Assembly (NCBI GenBank): GCA_963797825.1
Contig: CAWCRR010000041.1
Span: 24,436 to 88,435 of the forward strand
DNA length: 64,000 bases
Reading direction: 5' to 3'
Origin: an uncultured Verrucomicrobiae bacterium
GTDB lineage: Bacteria > Verrucomicrobiota > Verrucomicrobiia > Limisphaerales > UBA11358
Positions 35,618-44,509 of this stretch are shown one piece after another. Every line of letters begins with the position of its first letter. Position 1 is the stretch's first letter. Under the pieces are notes generated by a model. The model worked only from the letters and a program-made list of their open reading frames with translations. It made no database searches and was not told the origin of the DNA. The position numbers and the translations under genes were made by a program.

Positions 35618-36253
35618 ATGTCCAACATCAATCAGAACCAACCCACCATTCCCGCTGTTCATTTTCCGCCACAAGCAATTCCGCAGCCGATTCAGACAGC
35701 AAAAACGATTTACATTAATTTTTTTGACGGCATAAACGAGCCGAAAGTTAAGGCGTTAATGGGAATGATTTCTCAAATGGTCGCCCAAAATCGTCCAGAA
35801 ACGTTATATTTTCTGTTCTCGTCTCCTGGCGGTTCCGTAGATGCAGGAATCGTGCTTTATAATTTTCTCCGGGCTTTGCCTGTGGAAATCGTTATGCACA
35901 ACACTGGAACTGTTGCTTCTATTGGGACGGTTATTTATATGGCTGGATCGAAACGATATGCCGCGCCCCAATCAACATTTTTATTTCACGGAGTTCAGAC
36001 CCTTTTCCCACCCAATGCCCCCATGTCGCATCAGCAACTTTTTGAGAGGCTCAGCATGGTCCGGCAGGATGAAAATAAAATAGCTGGAATTATAGCCTCC
36101 CGATCAAGTTTGTCAGAAAAGGAGATTCGGAAACTATTTCACCAAGGGGAATCCAAAGACTTGGCGTTTGCTCAAAGCAAATCCATCGTCCACGAAGTTC
36201 GAGACCCTGCTATCCCCAAAGACGCACCATTCGTCACCGTTAACCTCAATTGA
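35618..36253 (+). CDS. ClpP/S14-like serine peptidase (passenger gene)
   Basis: 211 aa. FSSPGGSVDAG, TGTVASIGTVIYMAG (Ser nucleophile context) and FLFHGV (His) align with ClpP blocks. It starts 2 nt after the transposase stop. Confidence 0.65.
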   Translation: MSNINQNQPTIPAVHFPPQAIPQPIQTAKTIYINFFDGINEPKVKALMGMISQMVAQNRPETLYFLFSSPGGSVDAGIVLYNFLRALPVEIVMHNTGTVASIGTVIYMAGSKRYAAPQSTFLFHGVQTLFPPNAPMSHQQLFERLSMVRQDENKIAGIIASRSSLSEKEIRKLFHQGESKDLAFAQSKSIVHEVRDPAIPKDAPFVTVNLN

Positions 36254-36712
36254 GGCGGTTGGAATACCCTCCTCAAAAGCCGTTTTTATAGCATTTTGCT
36301 CTGTCTCTAGCTCTATTTTTTGGGCAATGTTCATTTGGTGAATGACGTTATGTCACCATAATTGGTTGCATATGTCAACGACTTAGTGAAATTTTTCACA
36401 ATCTTCAAAATCAGGTTGAGTGCTAAGCATGTTTTATGCCCACGTTGTTTTGAAAGGTAAAACATCATACCAAGCAGAAAGTTCCGGTACAAAATCATAC
36501 AATTTGGAATTTTTTACCCAAAGTAGCCCACTACCAGAATTTGGGCGTTCTTCGGTCATTCGTGCTTCGTCATTAATTAGTCATTATGGTTTAGAAATTA
36601 GTCATTCCACATCATCCGCCCAACTTCTCCACCCTCGATCTTTCTTCCTTCTACCTTTCCAGCCACTTCATTTCCTCTTTTCGCCGCCTGCAATTGCGCT
36701 ATACTGGTTGGC

Positions 36713-37786
36713 ATGTATCGGACGCAGGATTTACATGTCAGAGAGATTGTCCGCCTGGCCTCGCCGCGCGAGCTGAAAAGCGAAACGCCATCGGGCGAGG
36801 CCGCGGCCGCCACGGTCGCGCGCAGCCGCGAGCGCGTCATCCGCATTTTGCGGCAGGAGGACCCCCGGCTGCTCGTCGTCATCGGACCTTGCTCCATCCA
36901 TGACCGCAAAGCCGCGCTGGAATACGCGGAAAAATTGAACGTCCTGCGCAAGGAATTCGCCGACCGCATGGAGATCATCATGCGCGTTTATTTTGAAAAG
37001 CCGCGCACGATCATCGGCTGGAAAGGCCTCATCAACGACCCGCACCTGGACGGTTCGCAGGACATCGAGACCGGCCTGAAAATCGCGCGTCAACTGTTGC
37101 TGGAGATCATCGGCATGGGTTTGCCCGCGGCCACGGAATTTTTGGACCCCATCGTGCCGCAATACATCGCCGACCTCATTTCCTGGGCGGCCATCGGCGC
37201 GCGCACCACCGAATCGCAAACGCATCGCGAGATGGCGAGCGGCCTTTCCATGCCGGTCGGCCTCAAAAACTCCACGGACGGCAGCTTGCAGGTCGCGATA
37301 GACGGCATGGGCGCCACGCGCCATTCGCACAGCTTTCTGGGCATCAACGAAGACGGCGCCACGGCCATCGTGCGCACCACGGGCAACCCGCACGCGCACG
37401 TCGTCCTGCGGGGCGGGCGGGCGAAAACCAATTACGACGCCGAGAGCATCCGCGCGGCGGAAGAAAAATTGATTTCTGACAAATTGCCGCCGGTGCTGAT
37501 GGTGGATTGCAGCCATGCCAATTCGGAAAAACAGCATAAACGGCAGGAAGACGTCTGGCACAGCGTCATTCAACAGCGAGTCGAAGGCACGCGCTCGCTC
37601 ATCGGCTTGATGGTCGAGAGCAACCTGTTTGAAGGCAACCAGCCCATGCGGGACAGCTTGAAGGACCTGCGTTACGGCGTAAGCATTACCGATTCGTGCA
37701 TCGGATGGGAAACCACCGAGCGGATGCTGCGCTGGGGATACGAAACCTTGGGAAAAGCCATCCCCGCCAAAGTTTCCGCAGTTTGA
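36713..37786 (+). CDS. 3-deoxy-7-phosphoheptulonate (DAHP) synthase, class I (AroF/G/H type)
   Basis: 357 aa. Motifs are [27 protein letters not shown] and DCSHANS. Confidence 0.9.
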   Translation: MYRTQDLHVREIVRLASPRELKSETPSGEAAAATVARSRERVIRILRQEDPRLLVVIGPCSIHDRKAALEYAEKLNVLRKEFADRMEIIMRVYFEKPRTIIGWKGLINDPHLDGSQDIETGLKIARQLLLEIIGMGLPAATEFLDPIVPQYIADLISWAAIGARTTESQTHREMASGLSMPVGLKNSTDGSLQVAIDGMGATRHSHSFLGINEDGATAIVRTTGNPHAHVVLRGGRAKTNYDAESIRAAEEKLISDKLPPVLMVDCSHANSEKQHKRQEDVWHSVIQQRVEGTRSLIGLMVESNLFEGNQPMRDSLKDLRYGVSITDSCIGWETTERMLRWGYETLGKAIPAKVSAV

Positions 37787-37787
37787 T

Positions 37788-38813
37788 ATGAGCAGGACCG
37801 GTTACGACCCGATCAGACCGTGGTTCCTGGCATTGGAATCCATGGGCGAGTTCATCGGCATGCGCTTCGCCCGCATCCCCCCCGGAAAATCCGAGCCGGA
37901 CTGGATTTACATTCGCCATTGCGATTATGACGGCATCGGCGCCATCAAAAAAATGTTCACCGAACGCGGCGGAGCGGTCGGAGAACTGCCGCAAGCGCGC
38001 CATCCCGCCAAACCATCATTCGGTTCCCTATTCAAACTGATGAAGTTACAGATGCAACCGCGCCGGCGGTTACATTGGAAGGAATTGGGGAACAGCAAAC
38101 AATTGAGCGGCATCCCACAACCCGCGCCCGCCGCCGCGTGGTATGTTTTCAGTGAGGCCGACACGTTGCGGATGCGGAAATATTGCAACACGGCCGGTGT
38201 GACGGTGAATTCCTTTTTATTGGAGCAACTGACTGCAATCATCCGGCCCTATCTGGAAGAAGGCGCGTCGGCTTCCGTTCCCTGGATGATACCGGTCAAT
38301 TTGCGGGGCCGGGTAATGTCGTCAGGTGAATTGGCCAACCAGACCAGTTACCTCAGCGTCACGGTGCGGCCCGCCGATACCATCCGCGATATCCATCAAA
38401 GCACCCAGGCGGCGATGGACCGCGAGGAACATTGCACCAATTGGTTCGCCTACGGCCTCGGCAGATATGTGCCGCAGCCCGTGAAAAGATTTTTGATCGC
38501 CAAAGAGCTTGCGACCTCGCAATGGAACCTCGGCGCGTTCTCAAATCTCGGCGCGTGGGATTCGGAGAAAAAGATCACCTCGCCCGATTGCATCGGGGCC
38601 TGGCTCGTGGCGCCGCCGGTGTTGCGCTTTCAACTGGTTGGCGCGGGCTGCATCACGTTCCAAAATCGCCTGAGCCTGCTCATCCAAACGCATCCGGAAT
38701 TGACGACCGATGCCGCCGTTTGCCGGAAATGGATCCAGGAATGGGTGACGGCGATTGAAACGGACTTGGCCAAACCCGATGCCAGCCGCATTTCCGCACC
38801 CGTCCCGGCTTAA
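37788..38813 (+). CDS. Hypothetical acyltransferase-like protein with HxxxDG motif
   Basis: 341 aa. RHCDYDGIGA fits the HxxxDG motif of condensation/WS-DGAT/CAT-type acyltransferases. It starts 2 nt after the DAHP synthase stop. Confidence 0.35.
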   Translation: MSRTGYDPIRPWFLALESMGEFIGMRFARIPPGKSEPDWIYIRHCDYDGIGAIKKMFTERGGAVGELPQARHPAKPSFGSLFKLMKLQMQPRRRLHWKELGNSKQLSGIPQPAPAAAWYVFSEADTLRMRKYCNTAGVTVNSFLLEQLTAIIRPYLEEGASASVPWMIPVNLRGRVMSSGELANQTSYLSVTVRPADTIRDIHQSTQAAMDREEHCTNWFAYGLGRYVPQPVKRFLIAKELATSQWNLGAFSNLGAWDSEKKITSPDCIGAWLVAPPVLRFQLVGAGCITFQNRLSLLIQTHPELTTDAAVCRKWIQEWVTAIETDLAKPDASRISAPVPA

Positions 38814-40049
38814 AATTTATACGTCGCCGAAATATTCACCGCTTTATTGAAGACCGTGTATTTTCCATCGGCAGTTTGACCGCTCATAGATGGCGGGCTT
38901 CCCGAAACGTTGCGTTGTGCGTAGGCAAATTGAAATGCCGCCACCCAATCCCAGCGCTTCCCGTGGTGGCCGAAACCGACGCCGCCGAGACTCAAATCCG
39001 CATCGTCAATCAATGGATTGTAAGTGGACGAGGGACAGGAATTTGCACTATACATATAGCCGACGCTGGCGAAATAACCGTCCCAAAGTTGACGGGTGAC
39101 TCCGAATTCATAGATGAAGCTGTCCTGAAAATTAAATGTGAGAGTTGGGGGAGGGCCTGGGAATGGGCTTGCGCTAAAAGTGGCGGTTTTGTCCAAGCTC
39201 CATTTCGACCAATCCAGGTCCACTTCGAAATTCCAGTTTGTAGTTGGACGAAACGAAACGCCACCGGTGATATATTCCGGGAAATGAAGGGTAGCGCTGC
39301 TATTGACGGATGCAGGAAATGGCGCGCCAAAATTTTGTCCGGCTTTGCCACGATATGTTATTTCTGTGCTCGAACGGTAATTCAGGCCAAGAGACCACAT
39401 CGGATCTGGTTGCCATAAGATGCCTGCGCCATAACCAGGATCCCCATCCTGTGCCTTTATAATTAAAACGGTTGCCGGGTGAGAAGAAGAGCGCATTTTG
39501 AAGGGTTACTTGTGAAAAATTGAAATTCGGTCCGATGGCGACCGATAAGGTTTTGGATATTTTCCATGCGACAACCGGGTTTACGCTCACGTATTCAAGG
39601 CTCCCTTGTTCGGCGATGGAATTAAACGGCGTATTGTTTCCCCAATTGACTGACAATCCGTAAGGAGCATAGACACCAAGACCCACGGAAAGTGGAATGT
39701 TCGTGAACGTGTCCACAAAATAAAATTGGGGGACGGCTTGCGGCGTCGTGTCCGTTTTCGCGCTTCCGGCAGGAGAAGAATACTTTGAGTCCGCAGATAT
39801 GACATAGAGACCGGCGCTCGCCTGTATGCCTGGCAACTGCGTGATGCCGGCCGGATTGTAGTAAATGGCGGCAGGGTCATCGGCGGTGGCGGTGAAGGCG
39901 TCGCCCCGCGCGATGGCTTCGGGGTCCTGGTTGGGCAGACGAAAGGCATTGGCCCAAAGGGCATCAACAGAAAGAATAAGTACCGCGGCCGCGGCAAAAA
40001 TCCTGGCAAACGCACTGCTTGCAATTTTCTTATTTAGATTTTTTTTCAT
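38810..40049 (-). pseudogene. FadL/TodX-family outer-membrane hydrophobic-compound channel, one frameshift
   Basis: The N-terminal 200 aa (signal, NAFRLPNQDPEAIARGDAF, YYNPAG) lie in ORF 39300..40139 from the ATG at 40049. The remainder (GYGAGILWQP ... ATYKF) lies in ORF 38810..39496. The frame changes near 39440-39465. Confidence 0.7.
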
Positions 40050-40277
40050 AAAAAAAAATAATTTATCGGTCTTTTTTGGTTTCCTTATGTAACAATTTAT
40101 CGCCTTTATTCGGGACACTAATGTCCATTGTTTTGACAAACACTTTTAGATTACTGAGTTACACCTGGTTTTTTACACTGAGCTTAACATGGCAAAGCAA
40201 TGGCAATGCCAGTCCACAAATGAATCGTCTCCGGCAAACCGTTAGCAAATATCCCGCCGGACAACAATCCCTTTGTT

Positions 40278-41798
40278 TTGGCGCGGAAAATGTTCCATTT
40301 TAGCGGTATGAAGCAGGCATTAACAGGCAACGGCCACGGCGCGGAGAGTCAGGCGAAGAAAAATCTCCCGGCGTCCGCCAAAGCCGCGTCCGTTGACAAG
40401 GGAAATCAGGTCACGTTCCAGACTGCGGAACACGTGAAGCTGCATGGCAGCCTTTCGCGGGTGACGCGGCACCTGGCAGTCTTTGAACTTTACAGCCCGA
40501 TTGCCACGCCTCGATTTTCAGAAGTGCTGAGCGAGTTCACGATTATGATGCAATCCCGCGCCGCCTATTCAGGACGCGCGGTCCTTTCCAAAGTGCTGGA
40601 TGCGGGCACCAAAGTCATCTGCGAGGCAATGCTGGATGTGATGGACTGGCAGGATTTGAATTTGATCTCGGCGTTGCAACAGGAGGGGCAGATTGCCAAA
40701 GAGTTCAGGGAGTTTCTCGCCGAATGGCAAAAAAATTTCAAGGTTGCTCCCGAATTCAAGGTGGCCGTGGCGGACATGCAGACGTTTCTCGAGGATTTCC
40801 GGTTGTGGATGGAGCAGACGGAACTCAAGCTGCAGGCCCAGCCGTTTGATCGGCAGGCGTCGGAGCGCAAAATTTTGGAAGCGCTGGTGGGTCCGGTCAT
40901 GCCCAGCCTGGCGTCCTTGTTTGAAAGATTCGAAAGATTGATCTACGAGATACCGAAGGACGCCCAGGACGCCTCCATCCTCTACGCCAAGCGGATGCTG
41001 CATCCGTCGGTTCTGTGCTCTCCGTTCATGCGCCGGACTTTTGAGAAGCCGCTCGGTTACGCCGGTGATTATGAAATGGTAAACATGATGACCCGCGACC
41101 CGTTCCAGGGCGATTCCCTGTTTGCGAAAGTCCTGAACACATTTTTTTTAAACACGCCGCCGGTGGTGGCCCACCGCAACCGGATCGATTCCCTCACCGA
41201 GCGTCTGCATTCCGAAGTATTCCGCAAGTCGGTCAAAGGCCAGCCAACGAAAATTTTCAACCTGGGCTGCGGCCCCGCCCTGGAGATCCAGCGTTTCCTG
41301 GCCAAGTCGCCGCTGTCGGATAACGTTGAATTCACGCTCCTCGATTTCAACGATGAGACCATCGAATACACGCAGCGGAATCTTGCGCAGATCTGCCGCA
41401 AATATGACAGTGACTGCATGATCCGCGTCATAAAAAAATCCGTGGCCCAATTGATCAAGGACAGCTCCGGCTTTGCGCGCGGCTCATTTGACCTGGTCTA
41501 TTGCGCCGGACTCTTTGATTATCTGCCCGACCCGGTTTGCTCCAGGTTGATGGCGATCTTTTGGAATTTGGTAGCCCCCGGAGGGCTGTTGCTGGTTTCC
41601 AATGTCCACTCCAACAATCCCTCGCGCGGCTGGATGGAATATATGGTGGACTGGCATTTGATTTATCGCGACGCCGGGCAAATGCATGACATTCTGCCGC
41701 CGGATGTTCCCAGGGAACAGGTCCGGATTTTTGTCGAAGAAATCGGCGTAAATATTTTTGCGGAAATTCGAAGACCGTTAGATGCTGAAAATCCGTAA
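40278..41798 (+). CDS. Class I SAM-dependent methyltransferase with long N-terminal extension (PhcB-like architecture)
   Basis: 506 aa. Motif I is IFNLGCGPALE, followed by LLDFND and FDLVYCAGLFDYL in the C-terminal third. The roughly 280-aa N-terminal region has no recognised function. Confidence 0.65.
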   Translation: MARKMFHFSGMKQALTGNGHGAESQAKKNLPASAKAASVDKGNQVTFQTAEHVKLHGSLSRVTRHLAVFELYSPIATPRFSEVLSEFTIMMQSRAAYSGRAVLSKVLDAGTKVICEAMLDVMDWQDLNLISALQQEGQIAKEFREFLAEWQKNFKVAPEFKVAVADMQTFLEDFRLWMEQTELKLQAQPFDRQASERKILEALVGPVMPSLASLFERFERLIYEIPKDAQDASILYAKRMLHPSVLCSPFMRRTFEKPLGYAGDYEMVNMMTRDPFQGDSLFAKVLNTFFLNTPPVVAHRNRIDSLTERLHSEVFRKSVKGQPTKIFNLGCGPALEIQRFLAKSPLSDNVEFTLLDFNDETIEYTQRNLAQICRKYDSDCMIRVIKKSVAQLIKDSSGFARGSFDLVYCAGLFDYLPDPVCSRLMAIFWNLVAPGGLLLVSNVHSNNPSRGWMEYMVDWHLIYRDAGQMHDILPPDVPREQVRIFVEEIGVNIFAEIRRPLDAENP

Positions 41799-41800
41799 TA

Positions 41801-44509
41801 TTGGCTAAAACCCTTAAAATGGCTGATTTTCAACAAAATTTAACTGAAATTAACCGCGCCTTTATGGAAGCGGAGCGCGCCGTTCGCATCCGCAATTTCC
41901 GCATCGCCTGCATCTTGGCTGCGGTCTTTTCCCTGTCGGGCAGCAGTTTGGATGTCCTGCTGTATCGGGACCATTTCCAGGAATTTCTCAAACTCCGCCT
42001 AATCCTCGCCGGGTTGCTGTTATTCATTTGGTGGCTGGTCAAAACTCCGGTGGGAATGCGGATTCACCGGTTTTTGGGGTTGATGTTGCCGGCATTGCCG
42101 ACATTTTTTCTGGCCATTATGCTCTATCGAACCAGCCCCAGTTCGGGCTATTATGCGGGCTTTAACCTGGTTTTGCTCGGCACCGTGATCATCCTTCGTT
42201 GGACTTTTATCGATACGGTGATCATGACGTGCGAGGTCTTGGGGATGTATCTTATCGCTGCTTTATTGAACCCGCCGGGCGGGCCGGGGGACATCTACGG
42301 GTCGCGCGTTTTTCTTACCAACGTCTTTTTCGTCGTGGTTACAGGCGTTTTTGTCATTATCGGCAATTACTATTACAATCAAATCCGCTTTCGCGAGTTT
42401 GCGTTTCGATACGAGCTTGACAAGAACAAGCGTGAACTCGAGGAGACCAACCGCAAACTCGTTGAACTGGACCAACTGAAGAGCCGCTTTTTCGCCAACA
42501 TCAGCCATGAGATGCGCACCCCGCTCACGCTGCTGCTCGGCCCGCTGGAAACCTTGATGCAACGATTTGAGCGCTCCATCGACGAAGATTCGCGCGATCT
42601 GCTCGGCACCATGCACGCCAATGGCATGAGACTTCTGAAATTGATCAATGATCTGCTCGACCTCATCCGCATGGAAGCCGGGCGCATGGACATTAAAAAC
42701 GACCCCCTCGCGGTCGCCGATTTCATCAAGGGCCTGGCCAGCGCCGTCCGGCAGGTCGCCCAAAACAAACAGATCGCTTTTGATGCCTCGGTGGACCCGC
42801 AATTGACCGCCATCCTCACCGACCGCGACAAGCTCGAAAAAATTTTACTCAATCTAATGTTCAATGCCCTCAAATTCACCCAGGAAGGCGGAAAGGTTTG
42901 GGTGCGGGCGGAGAAGGAAGGCGATAATTTTGCGCTGGTCGTGGGCGATACGGGCATCGGCATTGCGGAAAGAAATCTGCCGTTTATTTTCGATCGCTTC
43001 TGGCAGGCAGACAATTCTTCCCGCCGGAAACACGCCGGCGTCGGCATCGGCCTGGCCCTGGTGAAGGAGTTGACCGAAATGATGCGCGGCAGCGTTGAAG
43101 TAAAAAGCATAGAAGGCAAAGGCACCACCTTCACGGTGAAATTGCCCTTCCATGAGGCCCCAATGCCGCAAAAGACACAATCGCCCGGCTCTTTGCTTCC
43201 GGACAATGACTCGGAATCCGGGGAGTGGCTGGCCGGCTTGTATCGGCGCGCTGAGTTGTTTCCGACCGCGACCCTGGCGAGAACCAAAGCGGCGCCGGGG
43301 GATAGGGGCGGCACGCGCGCCATGGTCCTGCTGGCCGACGATGAGCCGGACATGCGCCGCTATTTGAAATCCGAGTTGGACGCCGATTATAATGTGCTGG
43401 AAGCGGTGGATGGCGTTGACGCGCTGGAGAAGGCGACCGAGCAACTGCCGGACATCATTTTGCTCGATATGATGATGCCGCAAATGGACGGCCTGGATGT
43501 TTGCCGCGAATTGCGCAAGCGCCAGGCCACCTTGAACATTCCCATCATTTTGCTCACGGCGCGCGCGGACGAAGAAACGAAATTCGACGCGTTGGAGATG
43601 GGAGCCAATGATTTCCTCGCCAAACCGTTTTCATCCACCGAATTGCAGGCGAGGATTCGCAACCTCATCGAATCGCATCATTACCAGCGCAAATTGACCA
43701 AACAAAACGTCGCCCTGACCTCCGCCATCGAGCAGATCAAGGAAACGGAAATGCAATTGGTGCAGTCGGAGAAGCTGGCATCGCTCGGGCGCATGAGCGC
43801 CGGGATCATCCATGAGATCAACAATCCGTTGAATTACACCCTGACGGGCTTGTTCGCCTTGCGCAACAAAGGCAAGCTGCTTCCGCCGGAGGATCGCCTC
43901 GAGTACAACGACATTCTGAACGATGTGGAAGAGGGCATCAAACGCGTCCGCAACATCGTCTCGGACCTGCGCACCTTCACTCACCCGGGCGGCGGCGGCG
44001 GTGAAATGGTGGAAGTGGATGATGCGGTGGATGCCTCCCTTCGGTTTTTGGCTGGCGAATGGAAGGGGAAAGTCCATATTGAAAAGAATTTGCCGGCCCA
44101 TTTGGCAGTCTGGGGGAACCGGAATAAGTTGGTTCATGTCCTGGTCAATTTGCTGCAGAACTCAATGGACGCGCTGTCGGACAAAACGTTTGAAGGTTCT
44201 GAACAGCGCACGATTTGGATCGATGGACATGCGAAAGGGGACCGCAATTCCATCGTCATTCGTGACAATGGCCCGGGCATCGAGCCGCAGGTGCTGGACA
44301 AGATTTTTGATCCGTTTTTTACGACTAAAGATGTCGGCAAGGGCATGGGGCTGGGCTTGAGCATTTGCTATCGGATCTTGCAGGGTTTTGGCGGAACCAT
44401 TTCCGTCAGGAGCGAACGCGGAAAAAATTGCGAGTTTACCATCGAATTGCCGGCTAAAGAAAGGCCGGCGGAACTGGAGACAAATGATGAACAACTTTTA
44501 CGATTATAA
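41801..44509 (+). CDS. Hybrid sensor kinase with architecture TM sensor - HisKA/HATPase - REC - second HisKA/HATPase
   Basis: 902 aa with about six N-terminal TM helices. The first core has H-box SHEMRTPL, DTGIGI and GVGIGLAL. The REC domain has LLADDEPDMR..DMMMPQMDG. The second core has IHEINNPLN, DNGPGI and GKGMGLGLS. Confidence 0.85.
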   Translation: MAKTLKMADFQQNLTEINRAFMEAERAVRIRNFRIACILAAVFSLSGSSLDVLLYRDHFQEFLKLRLILAGLLLFIWWLVKTPVGMRIHRFLGLMLPALPTFFLAIMLYRTSPSSGYYAGFNLVLLGTVIILRWTFIDTVIMTCEVLGMYLIAALLNPPGGPGDIYGSRVFLTNVFFVVVTGVFVIIGNYYYNQIRFREFAFRYELDKNKRELEETNRKLVELDQLKSRFFANISHEMRTPLTLLLGPLETLMQRFERSIDEDSRDLLGTMHANGMRLLKLINDLLDLIRMEAGRMDIKNDPLAVADFIKGLASAVRQVAQNKQIAFDASVDPQLTAILTDRDKLEKILLNLMFNALKFTQEGGKVWVRAEKEGDNFALVVGDTGIGIAERNLPFIFDRFWQADNSSRRKHAGVGIGLALVKELTEMMRGSVEVKSIEGKGTTFTVKLPFHEAPMPQKTQSPGSLLPDNDSESGEWLAGLYRRAELFPTATLARTKAAPGDRGGTRAMVLLADDEPDMRRYLKSELDADYNVLEAVDGVDALEKATEQLPDIILLDMMMPQMDGLDVCRELRKRQATLNIPIILLTARADEETKFDALEMGANDFLAKPFSSTELQARIRNLIESHHYQRKLTKQNVALTSAIEQIKETEMQLVQSEKLASLGRMSAGIIHEINNPLNYTLTGLFALRNKGKLLPPEDRLEYNDILNDVEEGIKRVRNIVSDLRTFTHPGGGGGEMVEVDDAVDASLRFLAGEWKGKVHIEKNLPAHLAVWGNRNKLVHVLVNLLQNSMDALSDKTFEGSEQRTIWIDGHAKGDRNSIVIRDNGPGIEPQVLDKIFDPFFTTKDVGKGMGLGLSICYRILQGFGGTISVRSERGKNCEFTIELPAKERPAELETNDEQLLRL

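Larger units (their letters stand above)
33255..36535. mobile_element. IS1-family transporter IS (3,281 bp) with passenger genes
   Basis: Perfect 16-bp terminal inverted repeats ggtagtgggctacttt lie at 33255-33270 and, reverse-complemented, at 36520-36535. An 8-bp direct repeat agaatttg flanks both ends (33247-33254, 36536-36543). The interior is visibly AT-richer than its surroundings and encodes an IS1-like transposase. Confidence 0.8.

Noticed and set aside
35618-36253. ClpP-like gene as evidence for a prophage (prohead protease).
   Set aside because: No capsid, portal, terminase or other phage genes are present. The gene lies inside an IS1-type element bounded by TIRs 3.3 kb apart.
36134-36334. 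66-aa minus-strand ORF overlapping the 3' end of the ClpP-like gene, and the 44-aa basic ORF at 33316..33450.
   Set aside because: Both are short and show no motifs. The first overlaps a better-supported gene by 120 nt. The second is plausible but unsupported, so neither is listed as a feature.
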